From the NCBI GenBank assembly GCA_041396705.1, contig JAWKYB010000012.1:933-64932 (forward strand): a stretch of 64,000 nucleotides of DNA, written 5' to 3'. Every line of letters begins with the position of its first letter. Position 1 is the first letter of the stretch. The position numbers and the translations under genes were made by a program. The notes beneath the pieces were generated by a model. That model was not told where the DNA came from. It worked only from the letters and a program-made list of their open reading frames with translations, and did no database searches. Shown piece by piece: positions 1-7,653 of this stretch. Origin of the DNA: Alphaproteobacteria bacterium. Lineage in GTDB: Bacteria > Pseudomonadota > Alphaproteobacteria > CALKHQ01.

Positions 1-279
1 GCGGTCGTCGAACGGCGGTACGCGGTTGTCGACCCGGCCGTCGGTGTCGAATCGCCACACCGAGCCCTCGAGGGCCAGCAGCAGCGTCGGCCGGCCCCGG
101 TCGGCCAGCATGAAGGCGTAGACGATCCTGACCGGATGGTTGGCGTATGCCGGACGGGAGGCGGTGCCGGCCTTCAGGGCCTGCCAGCTGCGCCGCGGCA
201 GGCGCGCAACTCGCGCACTGTCCGGCCGCACCAGGTAGACTCGCCAGTCCAGGGTTCGCGAGGGTGTGCTGCTTGTCAC
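1..279 (-). CDS. partial hypothetical protein (N-terminal part; gene continues beyond window start)
   Basis: Minus-strand frame is open from a GTG at 279 (alt GTG 321) to position 1. GC3 is very high (ctg/gac/gtc/ccg codons), unlike the plus-strand ORF 136-363. No recognisable family. Confidence 0.3.
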   Translation of the reverse strand, partial: MTSSTPSRTLDWRVYLVRPDSARVARLPRRSWQALKAGTASRPAYANHPVRIVYAFMLADRGRPTLLLALEGSVWRFDTDGRVDNRVPPFDDR

Positions 280-419
280 CGCGGGATTCGATCTTACCTT
301 GAGCCCGTGGACTATAGACACTCAGTCGACGGTGGCAATTCGCATTGCGTGCGCGTAATGTAATTTAATGTGTGCCTGTGCAAACATGGCGCACCGCTCA
401 GTCGTGACGGAGAATCGCG

Positions 420-1187
420 ATGCTCACGGAGGCCATAACGATTCCGAAGGATCTGCCCTTGGATCGTTTGGAGGGCCTGCTCGAGCGAAGATTCGAGGAC
501 CTCGGGTGTAACCGCTTCGCCTTCGTGGCGGTCCGCCCGCCGGCGGGAAGGCGCCAGGACTATCTGTCCAATTTTCCCCGCGAGTTCAGCGCACATTATC
601 TCAAGGAAGACCTGAAGAACTGCGACCCGACATTCCGGCTCGCCTTCGAATCGCTCAATCCGCTGCTTTGGCGCGATATCGTCGACCATGTCGAGGAGCG
701 CGAGCAGCGGGTCTTCCGCGATTCGAGCGAGTTCGGCATCAAGCGCGGCATGACCATCCCGATCCATGGTCCGTATCGTGTGATGTCGACGCTCAGCGTC
801 TCCAGCGACCTGCCGGACCGCGAGTTCGACCGTCTGCTGCCGACCATCGTCCCGCAGCTCGAACACCTCGGCAAGGCGATCCACCTGCATCTGCTCGAAC
901 GTCAGGACTTCGGACCGGCCGCACCGCCGCCAAGGCTGACGGAGCGCGAGCGCGACGTGCTGGCGTGGACGTCCGCCGGCAAATCCTGTTGGGAAATCAG
1001 TCAGATATTATCGCTTTCAGAGAAAACGGTAGAGCAACAGCTGGCGAGCGCGCGATCGCGACTGGGCGTCTACAAGACGGTCCATGCCGTGATCAAGGCC
1101 TATATGCTGGGGCTGATCGAGCCCGATCGCTTCGAGCCCAGCGAGGATTCCAGTCAGCTCTGGACCCGGCTCAAACCGCTAGACTAA
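420..1187 (+). CDS. LuxR-family transcriptional regulator (autoinducer-binding domain + LuxR HTH)
   Basis: C-terminal LuxR-type HTH (LTERERDVLAWTSAGKSCWEISQILSLSEKTVEQQLASARSRLGV). N-terminal region is typical of an AHL-binding domain. Sits directly upstream of and co-oriented with a luxI homologue. Confidence 0.9.
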   Translation: MLTEAITIPKDLPLDRLEGLLERRFEDLGCNRFAFVAVRPPAGRRQDYLSNFPREFSAHYLKEDLKNCDPTFRLAFESLNPLLWRDIVDHVEEREQRVFRDSSEFGIKRGMTIPIHGPYRVMSTLSVSSDLPDREFDRLLPTIVPQLEHLGKAIHLHLLERQDFGPAAPPPRLTERERDVLAWTSAGKSCWEISQILSLSEKTVEQQLASARSRLGVYKTVHAVIKAYMLGLIEPDRFEPSEDSSQLWTRLKPLD

Positions 1188-1196
1188 CGAGGAATT

Positions 1197-1216
1197 CACC
1201 TATCTTGCAATAGGGA
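1197..1216. promoter_or_regulatory. lux-box-like imperfect palindrome upstream of luxI homologue
   Basis: ACCTATCTTGCAATAGGGAA (CCTAT..ATAGG arms around a TTGCAA core), about 70 nt upstream of the GTG start at 1286. A GGAAGGAGG RBS lies at 1271-1279. Confidence 0.3.
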
Positions 1217-1285
1217 ACTCCCCGGATAGCGCCAGCCCGGCGCCGGCGCTTCCATCCTGGTCAAAACCAGGAAGGAGGCGATCAG

Positions 1286-1924
1286 GTGATCAGGGTGCTG
1301 ACGCCGTACGACTATCAGGCCTACGGCGACCTGATGCAGCAGATGTTCGAGCTGCGTTATCGTGTGTTCTACGAGCGTATGGGATGGGATGTCACGGTCG
1401 ACAACGGCCGCGAGATCGATCGCTATGACTCGCTGAGCCCGTATTATTTCCTGGCGCTCGACGATTCCGAGCGCGTCATCGGGACCTGGCGGCTGTTGCC
1501 GACCACCGGTCCCTACATGCTGCCCGACATCTTCTCGGTGCTGATGGACGGCGAGCCGGTGCCGCGCTCGGCGCGCATCTGGGAATGCAGCCGCTTTGCC
1601 ATCGAGGACGACGGCAACGGCGAGCATTCGGCGCAGCAGATCCATCGCATCACCGGCGAGTTGTTCTGCGGGCTGATCGAATACTGCCTCGAGATGGGCA
1701 TCGACGAGGTGGTCACGGTCTACGATCTGCGGATCGCCCGGCTGCTGCCCCGGATCGGTTGCCAGCCGGTCTGGAAAACCGCGATCAAGCGCATCGGCGT
1801 CACCGCCGCGCTGGCAGGTCGCTTCCTGATCAACCACCAGGTCCTCGACGCCTGCCGGCGGCGAAACGAGATCGTCGGCTCGGTGCTCGTCCGCGACGAC
1901 GTGCCGGCCATTGCAGCGGAGTAA
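1286..1924 (+). CDS. acyl-homoserine-lactone synthase, LuxI family
   Basis: 212 aa. Conserved LuxI blocks RYRVFYERMGWDV and WECSRFAI. GTG start with a strong RBS. Paired with the luxR homologue. Confidence 0.9.
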   Translation: MIRVLTPYDYQAYGDLMQQMFELRYRVFYERMGWDVTVDNGREIDRYDSLSPYYFLALDDSERVIGTWRLLPTTGPYMLPDIFSVLMDGEPVPRSARIWECSRFAIEDDGNGEHSAQQIHRITGELFCGLIEYCLEMGIDEVVTVYDLRIARLLPRIGCQPVWKTAIKRIGVTAALAGRFLINHQVLDACRRRNEIVGSVLVRDDVPAIAAE

Positions 1925-1930
1925 AGCATT

Positions 1931-2254
1931 ATGGACGCAAGGAATTTCGACAATCCGTTGAACGGGCTTATTGCGGACGACAAGGCGCCGTCGAAGGAGG
2001 CCGCGGCGGTTCAGCATTGCCTGGTCTATCTCTCGGGCGAGCTGCGCAAGCTCGGCCTGAGCCAGGCCGCGAAGCTGCTGGACGACGCCGTGCGCTCGGT
2101 CAGCGATGCACAGCGCTTCTGCGAGTTCGAGCGCGAGTACCACCTCGACGCGATGTCCGCCCGCCACCGCCCCCGGGATGCAGGCCAGAAGCGCGGGGCG
2201 GCCGACCGCGGCGACGAGCTGCACGGCACCGCCTACATGATTCCGGGAGAATAG
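1931..2254 (+). CDS. hypothetical protein (107 aa) wedged between luxI and P450
   Basis: ORF with high GC3. Lies 6 nt after the luxI stop and 4 nt before the P450 start, i.e. operon-like spacing. No family recognised. Confidence 0.4.
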   Translation: MDARNFDNPLNGLIADDKAPSKEAAAVQHCLVYLSGELRKLGLSQAAKLLDDAVRSVSDAQRFCEFEREYHLDAMSARHRPRDAGQKRGAADRGDELHGTAYMIPGE

Positions 2255-2258
2255 CGTC

Positions 2259-3755
2259 ATGGCCGATACCACCGTCGGCGACGTCGGCAACGGCCTGGCC
2301 GGTCTTGCCGAGGCGGCCGCGCCGGCCAGTCCGCCGTTCGAGCGCGGCCACTGGCTGCTCGGCGTGCTGCCGCAGATGCGGGCCGACCCGCTGGCATTCT
2401 TCGCGCGGCTGGCCAACCGACACGGGCCGGCCGTCGGGCTGAGCCTGGCCGGGCACAAGGCGCTGATGCTCAACGATCCCGCCGCGCTGCGCCACGTGTT
2501 CCAGGACAACTGGCAGAATTACCGCAAGTCCAAATTCTACGGCCCGCTGAAGCCCATGCTCGGCGGCGGCATCTTCATGGTCGAGGGCGAGCGCTGGCTG
2601 CGCCAGCGGCGCGTCGCCAACCCGGCCTTTCAGGGCTGCAAGATGCCGGCCCTGCTGGGCGCGATGGTGGCGGCCACCGGCGAGATGCTGGACCGCTGGT
2701 CGGGCCGGGCCGGTGCCGACCCGCAGACGGAATCGGCCGGGAGCGCGGCCGCCGGTGGTTGGGCCGGTGGTCCGTTCCCGGCCCGTGCCTGGGCCGGCGA
2801 CTTGGCGCCGGAGATGACGCGGGTGACGCTCGACATCATCCTGCGTTCGCTGCTCGGCTATCGCATGGACGGCGAGTATGCGGCGCTGTACGAGGCGCTG
2901 GCGACGCTGCTGGCCGACGCCGAGAAGCGGGCGTGGTCGTTCGTCTCGCTGCCGCCGTGGGTTCCGACCCCGCACAACCGGGCCTGCGCCAGGGCGCACG
3001 CGGTCATCGCCGAGCTGGTGGAAAAGGTGATCGCCGAGCGGCGCCAGTCCGGCGTCCCGCAGGACGACCTGCTCGACGCCTTCATCGCGGCCTATTCCGA
3101 CCCGAAGGCCGGCGGGTTCCAGCCGTCGATCCTGGTCGACGAGGTGCGGTCGTTCATCCTGGCCGGCCACGAGACCACGGCGAACGCCATGTGCTGGGTG
3201 TGGCTGGAGCTGAGCCGCAACCCGGCGGTGCGCGAGCAGGTGCTGGCGGAGATCGACCGCGAGCTCGGCGGCTCCGCGCCGACGCTGGAAAGCGTGCAGC
3301 GGCTGAAATACTGCCGCGCGGTGCTCGACGAGACGCTGCGGGTGCATCCGACGGTGTGGACCCTGTCGCGGCAGGCCAACGCGGCGGAGCGGATCCCGCT
3401 CAGCGACGGCCGCAGCCTGGCGGTGGCCAAGGACCAGACGGTCATCCTGTGCCCCTATGCGGTGCATCACCGCACCGCACTGTGGGGCGATCCGGAACGG
3501 TTCCGGCCGGAGCGCTTCCTGGAGCCGCGCCACGACCAGTTCGCCTATTTCCCCTTTGCCAAGGGGCCGCGCCACTGCCTCGGCTCGCGTTTCGCCATCT
3601 TCGAGGCGCTGATCATCATGGCGATGACGCTGCAGCGGTTCGACGTGACCGTCGACGACCCGTCGTCGGTTCAGGCCGCGCCGATGATTACCCTGCGTCC
3701 GGACGGGCCTGTTCGCGCACATGTCACCCCCCGACAGGTGCGCCAGGCGGCTTAA
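2259..3755 (+). CDS. cytochrome P450
   Basis: 498 aa. Heme-binding loop FPFAKGPRHCLGSRFAIFEA. ExxR motif (ETLRVHP). AGHETTAN I-helix. Contains a Gly/Ala-rich low-complexity insertion near residues 145-185. Confidence 0.9.
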   Translation: MADTTVGDVGNGLAGLAEAAAPASPPFERGHWLLGVLPQMRADPLAFFARLANRHGPAVGLSLAGHKALMLNDPAALRHVFQDNWQNYRKSKFYGPLKPMLGGGIFMVEGERWLRQRRVANPAFQGCKMPALLGAMVAATGEMLDRWSGRAGADPQTESAGSAAAGGWAGGPFPARAWAGDLAPEMTRVTLDIILRSLLGYRMDGEYAALYEALATLLADAEKRAWSFVSLPPWVPTPHNRACARAHAVIAELVEKVIAERRQSGVPQDDLLDAFIAAYSDPKAGGFQPSILVDEVRSFILAGHETTANAMCWVWLELSRNPAVREQVLAEIDRELGGSAPTLESVQRLKYCRAVLDETLRVHPTVWTLSRQANAAERIPLSDGRSLAVAKDQTVILCPYAVHHRTALWGDPERFRPERFLEPRHDQFAYFPFAKGPRHCLGSRFAIFEALIIMAMTLQRFDVTVDDPSSVQAAPMITLRPDGPVRAHVTPRQVRQAA

Positions 3756-3831
3756 GCCACCGGATGCAGGCTCAGCCGGCCGGCCCCTCGCAAGGGGGCC
3801 GGCCGGTCGCTTGCATGGCCGCGGGCCGGCG

Positions 3832-4170
3832 TCAGACCGGCTCGCCGGCGACCTGCAGCATCATGGTTTCCCAGTGCTCGCCGGCGCCGACCAGGCACGT
3901 CGGTCCGTCGGGTGTGGTCAGCAGAATGGTCCAGGTGCCGTCGGGCGAGCTGAACACCTCGTAGACGGCGCCGGTGTTCGACAGTCCGATCGCGGTGCGT
4001 TCCTCGTGCCAGCTGTCCGACAAAGTCGAGACGATGCCGTCGCGTTCGCCGCACAGCATCTGCTGCGCGGATGCCGGAGCGGCCGACACGACGGCTGCGC
4101 CGGCGAAGGCGAAGGCGGCCGCGGCCGCGCGGAACGGATTGAATGGGCTGGCGTTCGACGTGGTGCGCAT
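3832..4170 (-). CDS. small secreted hypothetical protein (112 aa, N-terminal signal peptide)
   Basis: ATG at 4170. MRTTSNASPFNPFRAAAAAFAFAGAAVVSAAPASAQQ is a signal peptide followed by a compact domain. The 1059-aa minus-strand ORF it sits inside is otherwise the antisense of the antiporter gene. Confidence 0.5.
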   Translation of the reverse strand: MRTTSNASPFNPFRAAAAAFAFAGAAVVSAAPASAQQMLCGERDGIVSTLSDSWHEERTAIGLSNTGAVYEVFSSPDGTWTILLTTPDGPTCLVGAGEHWETMMLQVAGEPV

Positions 4171-4491
4171 GGCAGTTCTCCCGTACGCGCCCCGACGGGC
4201 GTCGCCTGCTGAGCCGCTGTGTCGTGCGGCCGGCGCGGCCCTGTGCGGGGTATCGGGACTGAGATTGGGCGCCGCGCGCGGGCGTGGTGTGATCCGGCTC
4301 ACCGCGTGCGCACACATCGGAATACGATCGCGTGAACGGCCGCGCGGCCCCGGCGGCCGCGCATGGGCGCGGGCCGGCGCGGCGACCGTCATTGCCCGCC
4401 GCGGGGCGAGACGGTAAGCCATCCCTGCCGCGCCTGCTGCGCGACGTCGTGGAACAGGGGGCCTCGCTTCCCATGACCGGTCGGCGTTCCG

Positions 4492-7005
4492 ATGCCTGAG
4501 GTCGCATTTCTGGTCATTGCCGTGGCGCTGCTGCTGTTGCTGGTGGCGGTGCTGCAGCCGCTGGCCGAACAGCTGGCCGTGCCGCACACGGTGCTGCTGG
4601 CGGTGTTCGGGCTGGCCCTGGGCTCGGTCATCGTGCTCGGCGTCGCCTGGTCGCCGGACGGGTTCGGCGGCACGCTGCTGCACGCGTTGAGCGGCATCGC
4701 GTTGCCGTCCGACGCACTGACCTATCTGTTCCTGCCGACACTGCTGTTCGAGGTGGCGCTGGCGCTGAACGTGCGCCGGCTGCTCGACGATTTCTGGGCG
4801 ATCTTCGTACTCGCCGTGGTCGCCGTCGTTGTGACCACGCTGGCCATCGGCTTCGGCCTGGGCATGGCCTTCGACCTGGCCTTGTCGGTGTGCCTGCTGA
4901 TCGGCGCGATCGTCGCCACGACCGACCCGTCGGCGGTGGTCGGCCTGTTCCGCGATGTCGGTGCGCCGCGCCGGCTCGGCATCCTGATCGAGGGCGAAAG
5001 CCTGCTCAACGACGCCGCCGCCATCGCGCTCTATGCCATATTCTTCAACCTGACGCTCTACCTCGGCGCGGCGGACTGGGGCGACGTCACCTTCATGTTC
5101 AGCGTCGACCTGGCCGGCGGCCTGGTCGTCGGCGTGGCCTGTGCCTGGGTGGCGTGCCTGATCCTGCCGCATCTCCATGGCATGCGCTATGCCGAGGTCA
5201 CGGTCACGCTGGCGCTGGCCTATCTGGCCTATGCCGTCGCCGAGGCCGTGATCGGCGTTTCGGGGGTGGTCTCTGTGGTCGCGGCCGGGCTGTTCGTCGG
5301 CTCCTGGGGGCGCACGCGCATGACGCCGGAAAGCTGGCCGGTCATGCTCGACGTCTGGAGCCAGGTCGCCTACTGGGCCAGCGGCCTGGTGTTCCTGCTG
5401 GCGGCGATGGCGATGCCGCGGCTGGTCAGCACGATCGGCTGGGCCGAGGTCGCCATGCTGGCGGTGATGGTGGCGACGGCCTTCGCCGCGCGCTGGGCGG
5501 TGCTGGCGGTGTCGTTCCCGCTGATCGCACGCTTCCGCATGGGCCAGCGGCTGTCGCGCGGCTTCATGATCGCGATCTGGTGGGGCGGCGTGCGCGGCGC
5601 GCTGACGCTGGCGCTGGCCCTGGCGGTGACCGAGCACCCGGAGATCGACGCGGAGACGCGGCGGCTGGTCGCGACGCTTGCCACCGGCTTCGTGCTGTTC
5701 ACCCTGTTCGTCAACGCCACCACGCTGCCGGCGATGATCCGCTGGCTGGGGCTGACCAGGCTCAGCCGGGCGGACCGGCTGGTGCGGGCCCGTGCGATCG
5801 ATCTTGCCCTCGACAAGGTGCAGGACGACCTGCGCGAGATCGCGCGGCGCTACGGCGTCGAGCCGGCGATCACCAGCGCGGTGTGCGCCGTTTTCGACGG
5901 CCGCCGCACCCAGCTGGAGGGGGAGGCGGAGACCGTCGCCGGCCTGCCGCTCGACGACCGCGTCTATATCGGGCTGACCGCGCTCGCCGCGCAGGAGCGG
6001 CAGGTCTACGAGGACCTGTTCGCCCAGCGCATCGTGTCGCGGCACACCAACCGCGCCCTGCTTGCCTTCGCCGGCCGGCTGGCCGACGCGGTCAAGGCCG
6101 CCCGGCTCGACGGCTACGAGGCGGCGGTGGACCGCTCGCTGCGCTTCTCGCCGGCGATGCGGATCGCGATCTGGATCAACCGGCGCCTGCATGTCGAGCG
6201 GATGCTGTCGCGCGTGCTGGCCGATCGATACGAGACGCTGCTGGCGATGCGGGTGGCGGTGCGCGAGCTGGCCGCCTTCGCCCGCGGGCGGCTGACCGGC
6301 ATGACCGGCGCCGAGGCGCAGGCTGTACTCGACCGCACCCTGCAGGCGCGGATGCTGCGCATCGCCACCGGCCTGCAGGCGCTGGAGCTGCAGTATCCCG
6401 ACTATGCGATGGCGCTGAAGACGGTGCAGATGAACCGGATCGCCATGCGCATGGAAGATGCCGCCTATCGCGCGCTGCTCGACGACGCCATGATCGGCCA
6501 CGAGGTCCACACCACCCTGATGCGCGACTGGCGTTCGCGCTGGGCGCGGGCCGAACGTCGCCCGCGGCTCGACGTGTCGGCGCCGGTCGAGGAGCTGATC
6601 ACACGGGTGCCGCTGTTCGCCGATCTCGACCCGGCGCAGCGGCGGGGGCTGGCGGCCCTGCTGCGCAAGCGGCTGATCATGCCCGGCGAGCGTATCGTCA
6701 CCGCCGGCGAGCGCGGCGACGCCATGTTCTTTCTGCTGTCCGGCGCCGTCGAGGTCAGCGGCGGGGATGCCGCGACCACACGCCTCGGCTCCGGCGAGTT
6801 CTTCGGCGAGATCGCACTGGTGTTCAATCGCCCGCGCACCGCCGACGTCACCGCGCTCGGCTATTGCGAGGTGCTGGTGCTGCGCAGCCGCGACTTCTCC
6901 GCTTTCCTCGGCACCCAGCCGGAGTTGCGCGAGCATGTGTTCGAGGTGGCCCGCCGCCGCCTGGAGCAGAATCTGGGCATGGAAGAACAGGCCGCTGGCG
7001 CTTGA
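4492..7005 (+). CDS. Na+/H+ (cation:proton) antiporter, CPA1 family, with C-terminal cyclic-nucleotide-binding domain
   Basis: 837 aa. About 12 TM helices, N-terminal, typical of NhaP/CPA1. C-terminal cNMP-binding fold (GERIVTAGERGDAMFFLLSGAVEV...FGEIALVFNRPRTADV). Confidence 0.85.
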   Translation: MPEVAFLVIAVALLLLLVAVLQPLAEQLAVPHTVLLAVFGLALGSVIVLGVAWSPDGFGGTLLHALSGIALPSDALTYLFLPTLLFEVALALNVRRLLDDFWAIFVLAVVAVVVTTLAIGFGLGMAFDLALSVCLLIGAIVATTDPSAVVGLFRDVGAPRRLGILIEGESLLNDAAAIALYAIFFNLTLYLGAADWGDVTFMFSVDLAGGLVVGVACAWVACLILPHLHGMRYAEVTVTLALAYLAYAVAEAVIGVSGVVSVVAAGLFVGSWGRTRMTPESWPVMLDVWSQVAYWASGLVFLLAAMAMPRLVSTIGWAEVAMLAVMVATAFAARWAVLAVSFPLIARFRMGQRLSRGFMIAIWWGGVRGALTLALALAVTEHPEIDAETRRLVATLATGFVLFTLFVNATTLPAMIRWLGLTRLSRADRLVRARAIDLALDKVQDDLREIARRYGVEPAITSAVCAVFDGRRTQLEGEAETVAGLPLDDRVYIGLTALAAQERQVYEDLFAQRIVSRHTNRALLAFAGRLADAVKAARLDGYEAAVDRSLRFSPAMRIAIWINRRLHVERMLSRVLADRYETLLAMRVAVRELAAFARGRLTGMTGAEAQAVLDRTLQARMLRIATGLQALELQYPDYAMALKTVQMNRIAMRMEDAAYRALLDDAMIGHEVHTTLMRDWRSRWARAERRPRLDVSAPVEELITRVPLFADLDPAQRRGLAALLRKRLIMPGERIVTAGERGDAMFFLLSGAVEVSGGDAATTRLGSGEFFGEIALVFNRPRTADVTALGYCEVLVLRSRDFSAFLGTQPELREHVFEVARRRLEQNLGMEEQAAGA

Positions 7006-7076
7006 GCGCATTGCCTCCCGGCGGCGCCCGTGCCAATTGACGTTCCGGTCGGGTGAATCGATGGGGAGGATGACCG

Positions 7077-7640
7077 ATGGATGCCATGACGGCGCTGAAC
7101 ACGCGGGTGACCCCGGCGCGGCTGGTGGACCCGGCGCCCGCGGGTGCCGAGCTCGACGAGATCCTGGCGACCGCGCTGCGCGCGCCGGACCACGGCAAGC
7201 TGAAGCCCTGGCGCCTGTTCGTCATTGCCGGCGATGCGCGGGCCAGGCTCGGTGCGCTGATGGCCGACAACCTGCGGGCGCGCGAGCCGGATGCGCCGGC
7301 GCCGTTGCTGGAGCGGGAAGCCGAGAAGCCGCTGCGCGCGCCGTTGATCGTGGTGGTGGCCGCCAAGGTGCAGGCCGACCATCCGAAGATCCCGGTGGTC
7401 GAGCAGGTGCTGTCGGCCGGCTGCGCCGCGCAGAACATCCAGCTTGCGGCCCATGCCAAGGGCTATGGCTGCATGTGGAAGACCGGGCCGATCGCGCGCG
7501 ATGCGGCGTTCAAGTCCGCCTTCGGGCTGGCCGAGACCGACGAGCTGGTCGGCCTGCTCTACATCGGCACCACCGACGCCGCGCCGGCGCCGCGCCAGGT
7601 CGACACCGCCCCGTTCGTCTCCGCCTGGACCGGCGCCTGA
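7077..7640 (+). CDS. nitroreductase family protein
   Basis: 187 aa. Nitroreductase-fold motifs (RAPDHGKLKPWRLFVI, AQNIQLAAHAKGYGCMW). Confidence 0.8.
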   Translation: MDAMTALNTRVTPARLVDPAPAGAELDEILATALRAPDHGKLKPWRLFVIAGDARARLGALMADNLRAREPDAPAPLLEREAEKPLRAPLIVVVAAKVQADHPKIPVVEQVLSAGCAAQNIQLAAHAKGYGCMWKTGPIARDAAFKSAFGLAETDELVGLLYIGTTDAAPAPRQVDTAPFVSAWTGA

Positions 7641-7653
7641 GCGGCGCCGTCGC

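Noticed and set aside
136-363. Plus-strand 75-aa ORF at the window start
   Set aside because: Junk-like translation (Arg/Gly-rich) and low GC3 periodicity. The opposite strand has a much better partial ORF.
3832-7011. 1059-aa minus-strand ORF. Similar giant ORFs occur at 9558-13256(-), 13164-16223(+), 25579-27237(-), 29258-31921(-), 39330-41753(+), 43810-46131(+) and 47041-49230(+).
   Set aside because: These are antisense shadows of well-supported genes (antiporter, PEPC-like, recG, tig, lon, ydbH, TRAP permease, NhaD). High GC leaves few stop codons. They have low-complexity Arg/Gly/Pro-rich translations and no family signatures. Only the 3' end of the first (3832-4170) is kept as a separate small secreted-protein gene, and the 3' end of 13164-16223 as sdhE.
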